Of a DNA stretch of 64,000 nucleotides, positions 36,697 through 45,617 are shown piece by piece. The notes under the pieces were generated by a model. That model saw nothing but the letters and a program-made list of their open reading frames with translations. It did no database searches and had not been told where the DNA came from. The number at the start of each line of letters is the position of its first letter. Position 1 is the first letter of the stretch. Origin of the DNA: Opitutaceae bacterium (GTDB lineage Bacteria; Verrucomicrobiota; Verrucomicrobiia; Opitutales; Coraliomargaritaceae). The DNA lies in NCBI GenBank assembly GCA_051252375.1, contig JBPOFY010000009.1, positions 32,001-96,000 on the forward strand, given 5' to 3'. A program made the translations under genes and the position numbers.

Positions 36697-38073
36697 ATGA
36701 AAACTTATTCTTCCTTACTTGCCCTGATCTGTTGCGTGGTGACGAGTGTTTTCGCCGACACCGTCAGTAAGCCGAATATCGTGTTTATTATGGTCGACGA
36801 CCTCGGTCCGGGTTGGGTCGATTTCGATGGCAGTGATCCGAAAATCAACACGCCGAATCTCGAGCGCATGGCAGATGCGGGCATGGTGTTTACGCGTGCG
36901 TATGCAGCCGCTTCAGTATGCTCGCCGACACGTGCGGCTTGTATCACAGGCATGTCACCAGCGCAGATCAAGTTAACCACGCATATCCCAGGCGCTGGTA
37001 ATAATCGTCGCCATGCGCCTGTTAAAGGCGGACCACTTGATGCGATGTCGATCAATGAGTTACCTTTGGAATTACCCAGCTACGCGCGTGAGCTGAAGCA
37101 GCTTGGTTATGTGACGGGATTCATCGGTAAGTGGCACCTCGCAGGGCAAGGTTCGATTAAGACCAAAGATGGTGTCGTGGATGCCCGTTATCATCCCGAT
37201 CAATTTGGTTTCGACAGTAATTTAGGTGGGTGTGCATACGGGCAGCCAAAGTCTTGGTTTGATCCGTTTAAGAATGGCACGCTTGAAAATAAAGATAAGG
37301 GGCAATACTTGACCGATCGTTTGGCGGATGAGTCCGTGGCTTTTATTCAGGCAAATAAGGACAAGCTGTTTCACCTCACGCTATGGCCCTACACGGTGCA
37401 TTCTCCGATCAAGGCGCCACAGGATCTGTATTTGAAAAATGGCAAAGACCATTACCGCGCGATGCTGGAGTGTATGGATAACGCGATCGGTCGCATTCTA
37501 GATACCTTAGAGCAGGAAAGCGTCAGTGAGAACACCATGGTTATTTTCTATTCGGATAACGGCGGCTATAAGCCAACCAAGTGGTTGTCCGAAGAAAAGG
37601 GTTCGCTCTTGGAGGGTGGCTTACGCGTGCCAATGGCAGTTGTTTGGCCGGGAGTGATTGCTCCGGGCTCTAAGACTGCCGAGCCGATCACGACGATGGA
37701 TTTCTTCCCAACTTTTGTGCATGCAGCAGGTGGTCAGACGGATAGCATCAAACAGCTAGAAGGGCTCGATTTACGACCACTCTTTGAAGGCGATGAGAAG
37801 CTCGATCGCAATGCGCTTTATTGGCATTACCCGCACAACCGTAAGAATGTGAAATACAATATGGGAGGAGTGATTCTCGCTCGTGATTGGAAATTCTACA
37901 ACGGTTACGGTGTCGTGCCAGACGCGCTGTTTAATTTGAAAAGCGATCCGATGGAGAAGAAGAATCTGATCCAATCGAATCCGGAACTAGCGGCACGTAT
38001 GTTGAAAGAGCACGAGGCTTGGCTCAGTAAAATGGATGCCGAAATGCCTGATTACTCAAAGGTTTCGAAGTAG
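36697..38073 (+). CDS. S1 sulfatase (arylsulfatase-like)
   Basis: KPNIVFIMVDDLG, CSPTRAACITG, GKWHL, SDNGG, EGGLRVP; signal peptide. Confidence 0.93.
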   Translation: MKTYSSLLALICCVVTSVFADTVSKPNIVFIMVDDLGPGWVDFDGSDPKINTPNLERMADAGMVFTRAYAAASVCSPTRAACITGMSPAQIKLTTHIPGAGNNRRHAPVKGGPLDAMSINELPLELPSYARELKQLGYVTGFIGKWHLAGQGSIKTKDGVVDARYHPDQFGFDSNLGGCAYGQPKSWFDPFKNGTLENKDKGQYLTDRLADESVAFIQANKDKLFHLTLWPYTVHSPIKAPQDLYLKNGKDHYRAMLECMDNAIGRILDTLEQESVSENTMVIFYSDNGGYKPTKWLSEEKGSLLEGGLRVPMAVVWPGVIAPGSKTAEPITTMDFFPTFVHAAGGQTDSIKQLEGLDLRPLFEGDEKLDRNALYWHYPHNRKNVKYNMGGVILARDWKFYNGYGVVPDALFNLKSDPMEKKNLIQSNPELAARMLKEHEAWLSKMDAEMPDYSKVSK

Positions 38074-38079
38074 TTCAGT

Positions 38080-40539
38080 TTACTTCAATAACCATGTGGA
38101 TTGATCCAGCCCATCGATCGGCAAATTGAAGGTTAACTTGTAGGTCTGCGTTGTGGCGTCGAAGTCGGTTTGCCAGAAGTCGTTGCCGTGCACAGATTGA
38201 TCGAGTGGGAGTTCTTTACCGTCGATGATTTGATAGAGCGTGTGACCCTTTGCTGAGGCGAGGCCCTCGAAGCGGATCGGCACGAAGCCGCGGCCGCCTT
38301 TAATTTCGACGGTGATTTCCGGCTTATCTGCGTTGATGATGATCGGGTAATTGTTGAGTAGGGTGCCGCCGGAGACTTCGACTTTCAGGTCGTTGCCTAC
38401 GACTTCGCGGTGAATCGTTTTCCACGATTCCGGATTGCCTATAAGGTGCGCATGGAAGGCTTCGTTGGGACCATAGTAGTCCTCAGCGTGGCGGGGAAGG
38501 GTGATCCACTGTAGGTCCATCTTAACGTGGTCGCCTTCTTTGTATTTGGCGACTTCGGACGGAGCATGAAGCAGCAGATCGAGATTCACTTGTCCGTCTT
38601 CGCGTATCTTGAGCACGGGCATAGAGATCGTGGGATTGCTGTGAGTCTTGCCGTCGAAAGTGGCTTCATAGGATCGAATGATGAGCGCCCGACTGCCGGT
38701 GCCCCATTTTTGGTCACGTATCGGATAGCCGCCCGGGAAGCCGATCCACCAAGGACCTTCGCCTTCGAGCGTGAGGTGGTTGACGAAAAGATCGCCGATG
38801 CTCAAGCCCGCTGGCACTTTCTTCGATTCGATCAAACCTTGGGCATTGCCATAGGCGATCTCTGGAGCGACGGCTCTTGCGGAGCGTCCCATTTTGAAAA
38901 GCCAGCCAGCTTGCGCGTCTAAAGTTTGGTTGAAGTGATACTCCATGTTGAAAAACGTGCGGGCATAATCGTCGGTGCGTAGCGTGCTGACATTTGCGGC
39001 GACATCTGCGACGCGGTCTTTGCCATAGCTGCCATCGTAACGCACATCTGTCAGGCAGGGACCATGCGCGATGTAAGCGGTTTTCATTTCAGAGAAGTAG
39101 TGTTTCTCGTTGTCGTCGTTTTCGACATGTAGCCAATCGCCGCCCCACGAGGCGTCCGTCCAATTCCACTTGCCGCCCTTGAGTCCATCGCGCGCCATCA
39201 ACATACGCACATCTGTGATTGGGATGTCGACACAGCTCATGTCCATATCGAGGCAGATCGTCTCACCCCAGCAACCGATGGAGAGTTGATCCCAGCGACC
39301 ATTGCCGCCATAGCCGACGAGCGAGAGCTGTGAGTGACTGGCGGAGGGCAGGGTGCCGTAGAAACCGTAGGCTATGCGAAGTTTGTATTTCGTGGAGCCA
39401 GCGTTGGCAGGAATTAGCGCGTAGGCGCGGAGATAGCTGCCGAGCGATGGCTCATGCCAGTTCTTACTGATCTGGACCGGGATGCCTGTGGGCACTCCGT
39501 CAGCGTCGCAAAGAATGGGGCAGAGTCCGGTAATGTTGGCGACATCGTAAAGGTCCAACAGAAAGGGCACCGTCGTGATGTCTTCATCCGGATTAGTAAG
39601 CTCAATATTGAATTCGTCGTAGTTGCGAATGTCGGTGTAGCCGGTCTTCCAGTCACGCTTTAGTTTTCTGACTTCAGCGACATAGGCGTTGGTTGCTTTG
39701 ACGAATTGAATCGGGAAGAACTGATCTTCAGCTGCGCTGATTTTTAATGAAGCACCTGCGTCTGATTTCGCTGGATTGACCAAGTCAACGGCTAGCGAGG
39801 CGGCACGTTTGTCAGTAGCTGACCAGTCTTTTGAGGAATGGTTGATCGCCTTCGCGTAGTTGCCTGCTCCCTCGAATTGAACGCTTAACTTGGCATTTTT
39901 CCAGACCGTATCAGCTGTCGGCGAAAGACTGGCGGTGAATGTCAGCGATTGAGGCCAGGCTAAGATGTTGAGCGTGCCTTCGCACTCGAGTTTGCGTCCG
40001 TCGGCGTCTTCGAAGCGGAGTCTCAGGAAATCATAGTGTTGTGCGATGCGCCCCGATTCCCACATGCGTGCTTCGTATTTTTGCACAAGCTTATCCGGTT
40101 CCCAGTCGCGCGCATCCTCCAAATAGTTGGGGTCGATGCCGGGACCTTTTTCGCAAGAAACGGCAGTGTAAGTCACACCATCGAGTTCGAGTGAAATATT
40201 CAACTGCCCCTTAGCGAGGCCTTCGATCCGCTGTGCGCCAGCTTTCAAGGCTTCGCCATAGCTGAGTTGATCGTGCAGCATGCCGAATTGTGGCGCGCTG
40301 AGCTCTTCGAGATCGATGCTGAATCCGTAGTAGCCCGTTTCGATATTCAAAACTGCAGGCGTTTGGTCGCCGGGATTTTTACGTATGCCATTGAGCCAGT
40401 AGCCGAAGGTGTAGTCCTGTGCCGATAGATTGGTTTCGGTCTCTGCTGTCATCGTTGTTGGAAGTGCTAAGTTTGCCAGGATAAGACTGAAGCAAAAGCA
40501 TAAGCCTTTCAGGGAATTATGGATCAATGTTTGTTGCAC
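38080..40539 (-). CDS. Large secreted protein of unknown function (819 aa)
   Basis: Long ORF with a hydrophobic N-terminus, aromatic-rich; no family recognised. Confidence 0.8.
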   Translation of the reverse strand: MQQTLIHNSLKGLCFCFSLILANLALPTTMTAETETNLSAQDYTFGYWLNGIRKNPGDQTPAVLNIETGYYGFSIDLEELSAPQFGMLHDQLSYGEALKAGAQRIEGLAKGQLNISLELDGVTYTAVSCEKGPGIDPNYLEDARDWEPDKLVQKYEARMWESGRIAQHYDFLRLRFEDADGRKLECEGTLNILAWPQSLTFTASLSPTADTVWKNAKLSVQFEGAGNYAKAINHSSKDWSATDKRAASLAVDLVNPAKSDAGASLKISAAEDQFFPIQFVKATNAYVAEVRKLKRDWKTGYTDIRNYDEFNIELTNPDEDITTVPFLLDLYDVANITGLCPILCDADGVPTGIPVQISKNWHEPSLGSYLRAYALIPANAGSTKYKLRIAYGFYGTLPSASHSQLSLVGYGGNGRWDQLSIGCWGETICLDMDMSCVDIPITDVRMLMARDGLKGGKWNWTDASWGGDWLHVENDDNEKHYFSEMKTAYIAHGPCLTDVRYDGSYGKDRVADVAANVSTLRTDDYARTFFNMEYHFNQTLDAQAGWLFKMGRSARAVAPEIAYGNAQGLIESKKVPAGLSIGDLFVNHLTLEGEGPWWIGFPGGYPIRDQKWGTGSRALIIRSYEATFDGKTHSNPTISMPVLKIREDGQVNLDLLLHAPSEVAKYKEGDHVKMDLQWITLPRHAEDYYGPNEAFHAHLIGNPESWKTIHREVVGNDLKVEVSGGTLLNNYPIIINADKPEITVEIKGGRGFVPIRFEGLASAKGHTLYQIIDGKELPLDQSVHGNDFWQTDFDATTQTYKLTFNLPIDGLDQSTWLLK

Positions 40540-40555
40540 GTGTGGTAGAGGTTTT

Positions 40556-40626
40556 GGTAGGGACGCCTGCCCTCAGACGTCCGTCAGCGTGTGGAGGATT
40601 CGGACGCCTAGAGGCACGTCCCTACC
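40556..40626. repeat. REP doublet (REPIN), family A, right arm partly deleted
   Basis: GGTAGGGACGCCTGCCCTCAGACGTCC...GGACGCCTAGAGGCACGTCCCTACC. Confidence 0.85.
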
Positions 40627-40661
40627 ATTGTTTTTATTAAATCAATTTTGCTTAGAGGTGA

Positions 40662-41303
40662 TTAATGCGATAAACGCTTGAGCGCAATCGACCGGAACTG
40701 AATGTCGGCTAATTCTAGTTGCAGCGCGATAAACCCAGAGCTTGCCGTGGCATGTTCGCCCTGATTGACGAGTTGGTCGTTGATATAGACCACCACGTTA
40801 TCTCCGTCAGCGATCACGCGTAGTGCGTTCCATTCGCCGATAGGCTTTTCAGCGTCGGTTATGAGGCGCTGGATAAATGGTTTCTTGGTGGTTCTTTCTG
40901 GTTCCACCTCGATGGTCTCGCCGTTTTTACGGAAGTTGCCGGCTTTGCCGTGCATGAGTTGCACTTCGAGGCATTTCGGCCAGGCGGCGGTGCTGACTTC
41001 TGGATCGCAGTGCAGCATCAGTCCTCCATTGCCCGGATCATTGGGCCAGCGCCATTCGAGGCTTAGCTCATAGTCGGCATAGACCTCCTTGGTGCGGATG
41101 ATCCCCTTTGGATGCCCCTTGCCATAAAGGGTGAGGGTGCCGTCTTGAATGGCTACTAGTTGATCAACGGGGACGCTGTCGTCTGCCATCACCAGTTTCC
41201 ATGCGGAGAAGTCCTTGCCGTCGGAATGCGTGGTGCTTTGGGACTGTGCAATCGATGTAAAAAATAGACTGAGCGTGAATAGGCGGAGGAAGGACTGTTT
41301 CAT
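40662..41303 (-). CDS. DUF1080 (3-keto-disaccharide hydrolase family) protein
   Basis: YELSLEWRW, GNGG, WPKCLEVQL, EKPIGEWN, GFIALQLE, FRSI; signal peptide from MKQSF at 41303. Confidence 0.88.
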   Translation of the reverse strand: MKQSFLRLFTLSLFFTSIAQSQSTTHSDGKDFSAWKLVMADDSVPVDQLVAIQDGTLTLYGKGHPKGIIRTKEVYADYELSLEWRWPNDPGNGGLMLHCDPEVSTAAWPKCLEVQLMHGKAGNFRKNGETIEVEPERTTKKPFIQRLITDAEKPIGEWNALRVIADGDNVVVYINDQLVNQGEHATASSGFIALQLELADIQFRSIALKRLSH

Positions 41304-41457
41304 CGGTCTGATTAAGTCTGCGGCAGGCATGGATACAATGGAAATAGGTTTTTTATGAAAAACTTCTAATAAACTGTAATTAGCAGCGTCTACACATTAG
41401 AACATGATGCATTCCAATGGTTAAACTCCCAAACTGTCCCCAAACAGTCAGCTACCT

Positions 41458-42006
41458 GTGAAACCCACTATCACAGAATCGGCTGCTGAGAAGAACGTCG
41501 GCAAACCTGCGCTCGTCGATCTCTTTCATGCCTTGGAATCGCCTCTGTTAGGATTTTCATATCAGATGGTTAAAAACGAACAATGCGCACAAGATATCGT
41601 GCAAGAAGCCTTCATGCGTTTGCAGACACGGCTTGATGAGGTGGACCAGCCCAAGGCTTGGTTATACACCACGGTCCGTCGCCTCGCGATCGACTACATT
41701 CGCAAGGCACAGAAAGTGGTGCCTTTTATTCGAGACGCGGATTCAGTGGAGGTCGAGCCCGTCGACCCCGAACTTAGACCTGACGAGTGGGCGGATGCCG
41801 ACGAACGCACTGGCTTAATGCGGGTGTGCATCGAGCGATTAAAGCCAAAAGAACAGGCTTTGGTGCGAATGAAATTCATCGAAAATTTATCTTACAAGGA
41901 GATTTCCCAGCGCATGCAGATGACTGTCAGCAATGTGGGCTACAGCCTGCACCATGCGCTTAAAGCATTGGAAATTGAACTCAACAAGGAGGGCATTGCG
42001 CAATGA
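41458..42006 (+). CDS. ECF sigma-70 factor
   Basis: Region 2 AQDIVQEAFMRL...KAWLYTTVRRLAIDYIR; region 4 LSYKEISQRMQMTVSNV. Confidence 0.93.
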   Translation: MKPTITESAAEKNVGKPALVDLFHALESPLLGFSYQMVKNEQCAQDIVQEAFMRLQTRLDEVDQPKAWLYTTVRRLAIDYIRKAQKVVPFIRDADSVEVEPVDPELRPDEWADADERTGLMRVCIERLKPKEQALVRMKFIENLSYKEISQRMQMTVSNVGYSLHHALKALEIELNKEGIAQ

Positions 42007-45000
42007 GTGATACAGACCCCAGAAGTTTGAGAGAGGAATTGGAGATACGCGTTGTTGCGCTCCTTACTGGCGAGATCAGTGAGGCGGATGCCGACGAGCT
42101 CGAAAAGATCCTCAGTGTGGATGAAGAGCTGGCTGCTTATCGCGATCGTATGGCGGAACTGATCGGCGACGTGCATACCGCACGTGAAGAGATCTCGCCG
42201 AAACATCCAGACATGCGTTTAAGTGACGAACGTCGTGAAGAGTTGCTAGGATCATTTGCTACTGTTGAGCCGAATGAGATTCAGCAGGAGACAGAACGAA
42301 AGGTTGATTGGAAACGTCGTTTACTTGGTTTAGCGGCTTTGTTGACGGTGTCCTTCATCATCTTCTCGATGTCGATCCCCGCATTTCAGAAAGTGCGCTC
42401 TTCTGCGCCACGTGAATATGCGATGAGTGAAAGTAATTTCGAAGTTCCCAGTGACGAAGCCAAAGATGGCTATGGAGAATTTGGTGACAAAATGCTGGGT
42501 GATGTTCCCGCAACGGGCAGACTCTTTCGCAGTGATGATCAATCACAAGTGAGCGAGCCCTCGGAGACTGTTCATTATTTTGGCTTACAGACAGCAATCC
42601 CAGAGGAACTCATCGAAGGCACGCCGCAACCAGTTGTAGTGAATAAGCCCGCTCGTGTTGCATCGGAAAAAGAGATGCGGTCTCTACATTTTAAATCCGA
42701 TAACTATGCCAGTTATAGTGGTGTTGCTGGTTCAGCAGTCGCAGTTGATGAAGCCGAGTTTGAAGAGCATTTAGATGTCGCACCTGCTAGCGGTGGGACT
42801 GTTATGCGTCTTTCAGGCTTTCGTGATAATGTTGGCAGCAATGCCTCTGGTCCTGTCGATCCATTTGCAGCACCTGCATCAAGCTCACGATCTAATCGTG
42901 CCGAAGAGGAAGCTCTTCAACAGATCGCTGGAAAAATTACTACTAAAGGTGTTTCTTCTGGGATTGTGAATGACGACTTTCTGTCGCTCGAAGGACGTGA
43001 CTCTGATGCGCTCGTTTCATCTTATGCAGTTGATCAGGTAGAGGTTGACTGGGCGTGGGCTGCTGCACCACAGGGACAGACGGAGCCATCCAGTCGTTCG
43101 CGATATGCTAATGCGAATGCTACGGCGGACAGAAACTCAGGCGAAGTCGAAGCGAAGTCTTTAGAAGTGGCGCAAATGGATTATGATTCAGAGGACTTTG
43201 GTTGGTCATCGGAATCCGACGAGCTTCGCCGTGGATCAAGCGCTGTTATGGGACGTTTCTCCCAAGGGGCCGACGTGCGGCCAGCAGCGCCAGCGCCGGT
43301 TCCTGTTCAAGTAGCATCCGGATCAATGAACGGAGCCTTTGGTGGTGGAGGCGTTCAAATGGGCGAAAGCTTAGGTTGGGACGATGGAGCTGATGGCGTT
43401 GAATTGTGGGGTGGGCGGTCGACTGATAAGAAGCAGAACAAAGATGCCTCGAATTCTGCTTTGGCAACAGTTTCAGAGACACAAGCCACTGCCGATGCAT
43501 ATGCCCCGCCTAGTTCTCCAAGCACTTATGCCTCCTACTCATCATCCGTCGACCCAATTGCCGCGGGAACCGCTAGGGAGAATGCACCCGCCGATTTTTT
43601 CGCAGCACCAGGGAACGCAGCGAAGAAGGCTCCAGCAAAGGCGAAGTCAGCCGCAGTCTTAGGTTACAAGACTCGCGAGAATATTCTGGAAGAGGTCGAT
43701 ACATCATGGGAACGCCCGGAGGTCTTTGATGTTGAGCCTGAAATGCAGAGTCGAGTTATGGCAAGTCCTGCTTACCATCGACCTACTACAGAGCAGCGCA
43801 TGAAGCAGATTGTGATTCCACAAGTGAACTTCAGGGGACTGCCTCTCAGCCGCGTGGTTGAAACCCTGAGTGAACTCTCTTCTGAATATGATATGCAGCA
43901 GGAGGGTATCGCAATGACGTATAAACCAGTGGATGGATATGATCCCAAAGTTAACATTTCACTTCGTAATTTGAGCTTGGATCGGATCCTTGAATTCGTC
44001 ACTGCACAAGTGAACTACAGCTACGACGTTACCGGCGATAAGATCGTTGTTCAGTCCCGCTCAGATACAGTCGAGGAACAAACCGCCATCGCTCGCAGCA
44101 AGAACGTTCGTCAGACACCGAAGGCTGAAAAGCAAACACGAGACGCGCCGACTTCGACCTTCTCGCTCAATGTCAGCGATGTCTCCTTTAAGATGGCGCA
44201 GGCGGCATTGAGTAACTCGCGTGTTCCAGTTCAGAGCGCAATTCGTAGCGAAGAGTTTGTGAACAGTTTTGATTATGGTGATCCCGCGCCTCGTGGTGAT
44301 GAGCCTGTTGCGTTCAATTGGGAAATTGCCAAGCACCCATATGCGCATGGACGTCACATCGTGCGTTTCTCCTTAGAGACACAGGCAGCAGGGCGTTCTG
44401 CCTCACAGCCGTTGAATATCAATCTCCTGGTTGACAATTCTGGATCGATGCAGCGTCCAGATCGTCGTGCGATTCTGGAGAAGAGTCTCGAATCTTTAGG
44501 CGAAAAACTCACAGAACAGGATCAGCTCAACGTCATCCTCTTTGCACGTCAGCCTAAGCTGATCGCGAATGCCAGCACCGTGGCCAGTCAACAAATTGCA
44601 ATCCATGACACCTTGGCTTACAAGCCGGAGGGCGGCACAAACCTGGAGGCGGCACTTGATGCGGCTTATGCCAATGCACATGCCAACTACAATCCAGAGG
44701 CTAGCAATCGCCTGATCCTTATGACCGATGGCGCTGCCAATCTCGGCGATGTCGATCCGACCGCACTGGCTGCAAAGGTCATCGAACAGCGCAAACAGGG
44801 CATCGCGCTCGATGCTTATGGTATCGGTTGGGAGGATTACAACGACGCCTTGCTCGAAGAGATCACTCGCAATGGTGATGGTCGTTACGCCTTCCTCAAT
44901 TCTGTAGAAGATGCTTCGAAAGATTTCAGCGAGAAGCTCGCGGGTTCGCTCCGTGTCGCTGCCGCCGATGTGAAGGTGCAGATCATCTGGAACACCGAGC

Positions 45001-45464
45001 GCGTGACTGCATATCGCCAAGTCGGTTACGATTTACATCAGCTCAAAAAAGAAGACTTCCGCGACAACACAGTCGACGCTGCTGAAATCGGCGAAGCCGA
45101 AGCTGGCACCGCGCTCTATGTATTGAAAATCAACGAAGATCCCGATCTCGTCGAGCCGCTGGGCACATTGAGCGTTCGTTATCGCGTGCCAGCGACAGGC
45201 AAATACCTCGAGCGCAGTTGGCCTTTGAATATGCCACGCAGCATTCCAGGACTGGAGTCTGCAAGCCCCGCGCTGAAGTTGGCTGCGAGCAGTGCGTTCT
45301 TCGCCGAACGTTTAGCCGAGAATCCCTATGCTCGGGACTATTCGCTCAGCGATCTCTCTGCATTGACTGCGGACTTACCCGAAGCCTTCCCGACGCAACC
45401 GCGCGTCGTGGAGTTACAAAACATGATCAACAGCGCCCGTATCCTTTTGGGCGACACGAAGTAA
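42003..45464 (+). CDS. Putative anti-sigma factor fused to a YfbK-like von Willebrand factor A domain
   Basis: Overlaps the sigma stop codon (ATGA). N-terminal ALLTGEIS anti-sigma-like helices, one TM, then YfbK-type STFSLNVSDVSF, RSEEFVNSFDY, MIDAS DNSGS, GGTN, TDG, YRQVGY and DFRDNTVDAAEIG. Confidence 0.85.
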   Translation: MSDTDPRSLREELEIRVVALLTGEISEADADELEKILSVDEELAAYRDRMAELIGDVHTAREEISPKHPDMRLSDERREELLGSFATVEPNEIQQETERKVDWKRRLLGLAALLTVSFIIFSMSIPAFQKVRSSAPREYAMSESNFEVPSDEAKDGYGEFGDKMLGDVPATGRLFRSDDQSQVSEPSETVHYFGLQTAIPEELIEGTPQPVVVNKPARVASEKEMRSLHFKSDNYASYSGVAGSAVAVDEAEFEEHLDVAPASGGTVMRLSGFRDNVGSNASGPVDPFAAPASSSRSNRAEEEALQQIAGKITTKGVSSGIVNDDFLSLEGRDSDALVSSYAVDQVEVDWAWAAAPQGQTEPSSRSRYANANATADRNSGEVEAKSLEVAQMDYDSEDFGWSSESDELRRGSSAVMGRFSQGADVRPAAPAPVPVQVASGSMNGAFGGGGVQMGESLGWDDGADGVELWGGRSTDKKQNKDASNSALATVSETQATADAYAPPSSPSTYASYSSSVDPIAAGTARENAPADFFAAPGNAAKKAPAKAKSAAVLGYKTRENILEEVDTSWERPEVFDVEPEMQSRVMASPAYHRPTTEQRMKQIVIPQVNFRGLPLSRVVETLSELSSEYDMQQEGIAMTYKPVDGYDPKVNISLRNLSLDRILEFVTAQVNYSYDVTGDKIVVQSRSDTVEEQTAIARSKNVRQTPKAEKQTRDAPTSTFSLNVSDVSFKMAQAALSNSRVPVQSAIRSEEFVNSFDYGDPAPRGDEPVAFNWEIAKHPYAHGRHIVRFSLETQAAGRSASQPLNINLLVDNSGSMQRPDRRAILEKSLESLGEKLTEQDQLNVILFARQPKLIANASTVASQQIAIHDTLAYKPEGGTNLEAALDAAYANAHANYNPEASNRLILMTDGAANLGDVDPTALAAKVIEQRKQGIALDAYGIGWEDYNDALLEEITRNGDGRYAFLNSVEDASKDFSEKLAGSLRVAAADVKVQIIWNTERVTAYRQVGYDLHQLKKEDFRDNTVDAAEIGEAEAGTALYVLKINEDPDLVEPLGTLSVRYRVPATGKYLERSWPLNMPRSIPGLESASPALKLAASSAFFAERLAENPYARDYSLSDLSALTADLPEAFPTQPRVVELQNMINSARILLGDTK

Positions 45465-45521
45465 GCGCGTAGGGGCTAAAGAAATACATTTAAACAAACC
45501 AAACTATTTACTGACGCCAAA

Positions 45522-45595
45522 GGTAGGGACGCCTGCCCTCAGGCGTCCGAGACCGAAGAAAATATAGCGGACGCCTAGGGGCAGGCGTCCCTACC
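45522..45595. repeat. REP doublet (REPIN), family A
   Basis: GGTAGGGACGCCTGCCCTCAGGCGTCC...GGACGCCTAGGGGCAGGCGTCCCTACC. Confidence 0.9.
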
Positions 45596-45617
45596 AACAA
45601 AGCCACCACACATCATT

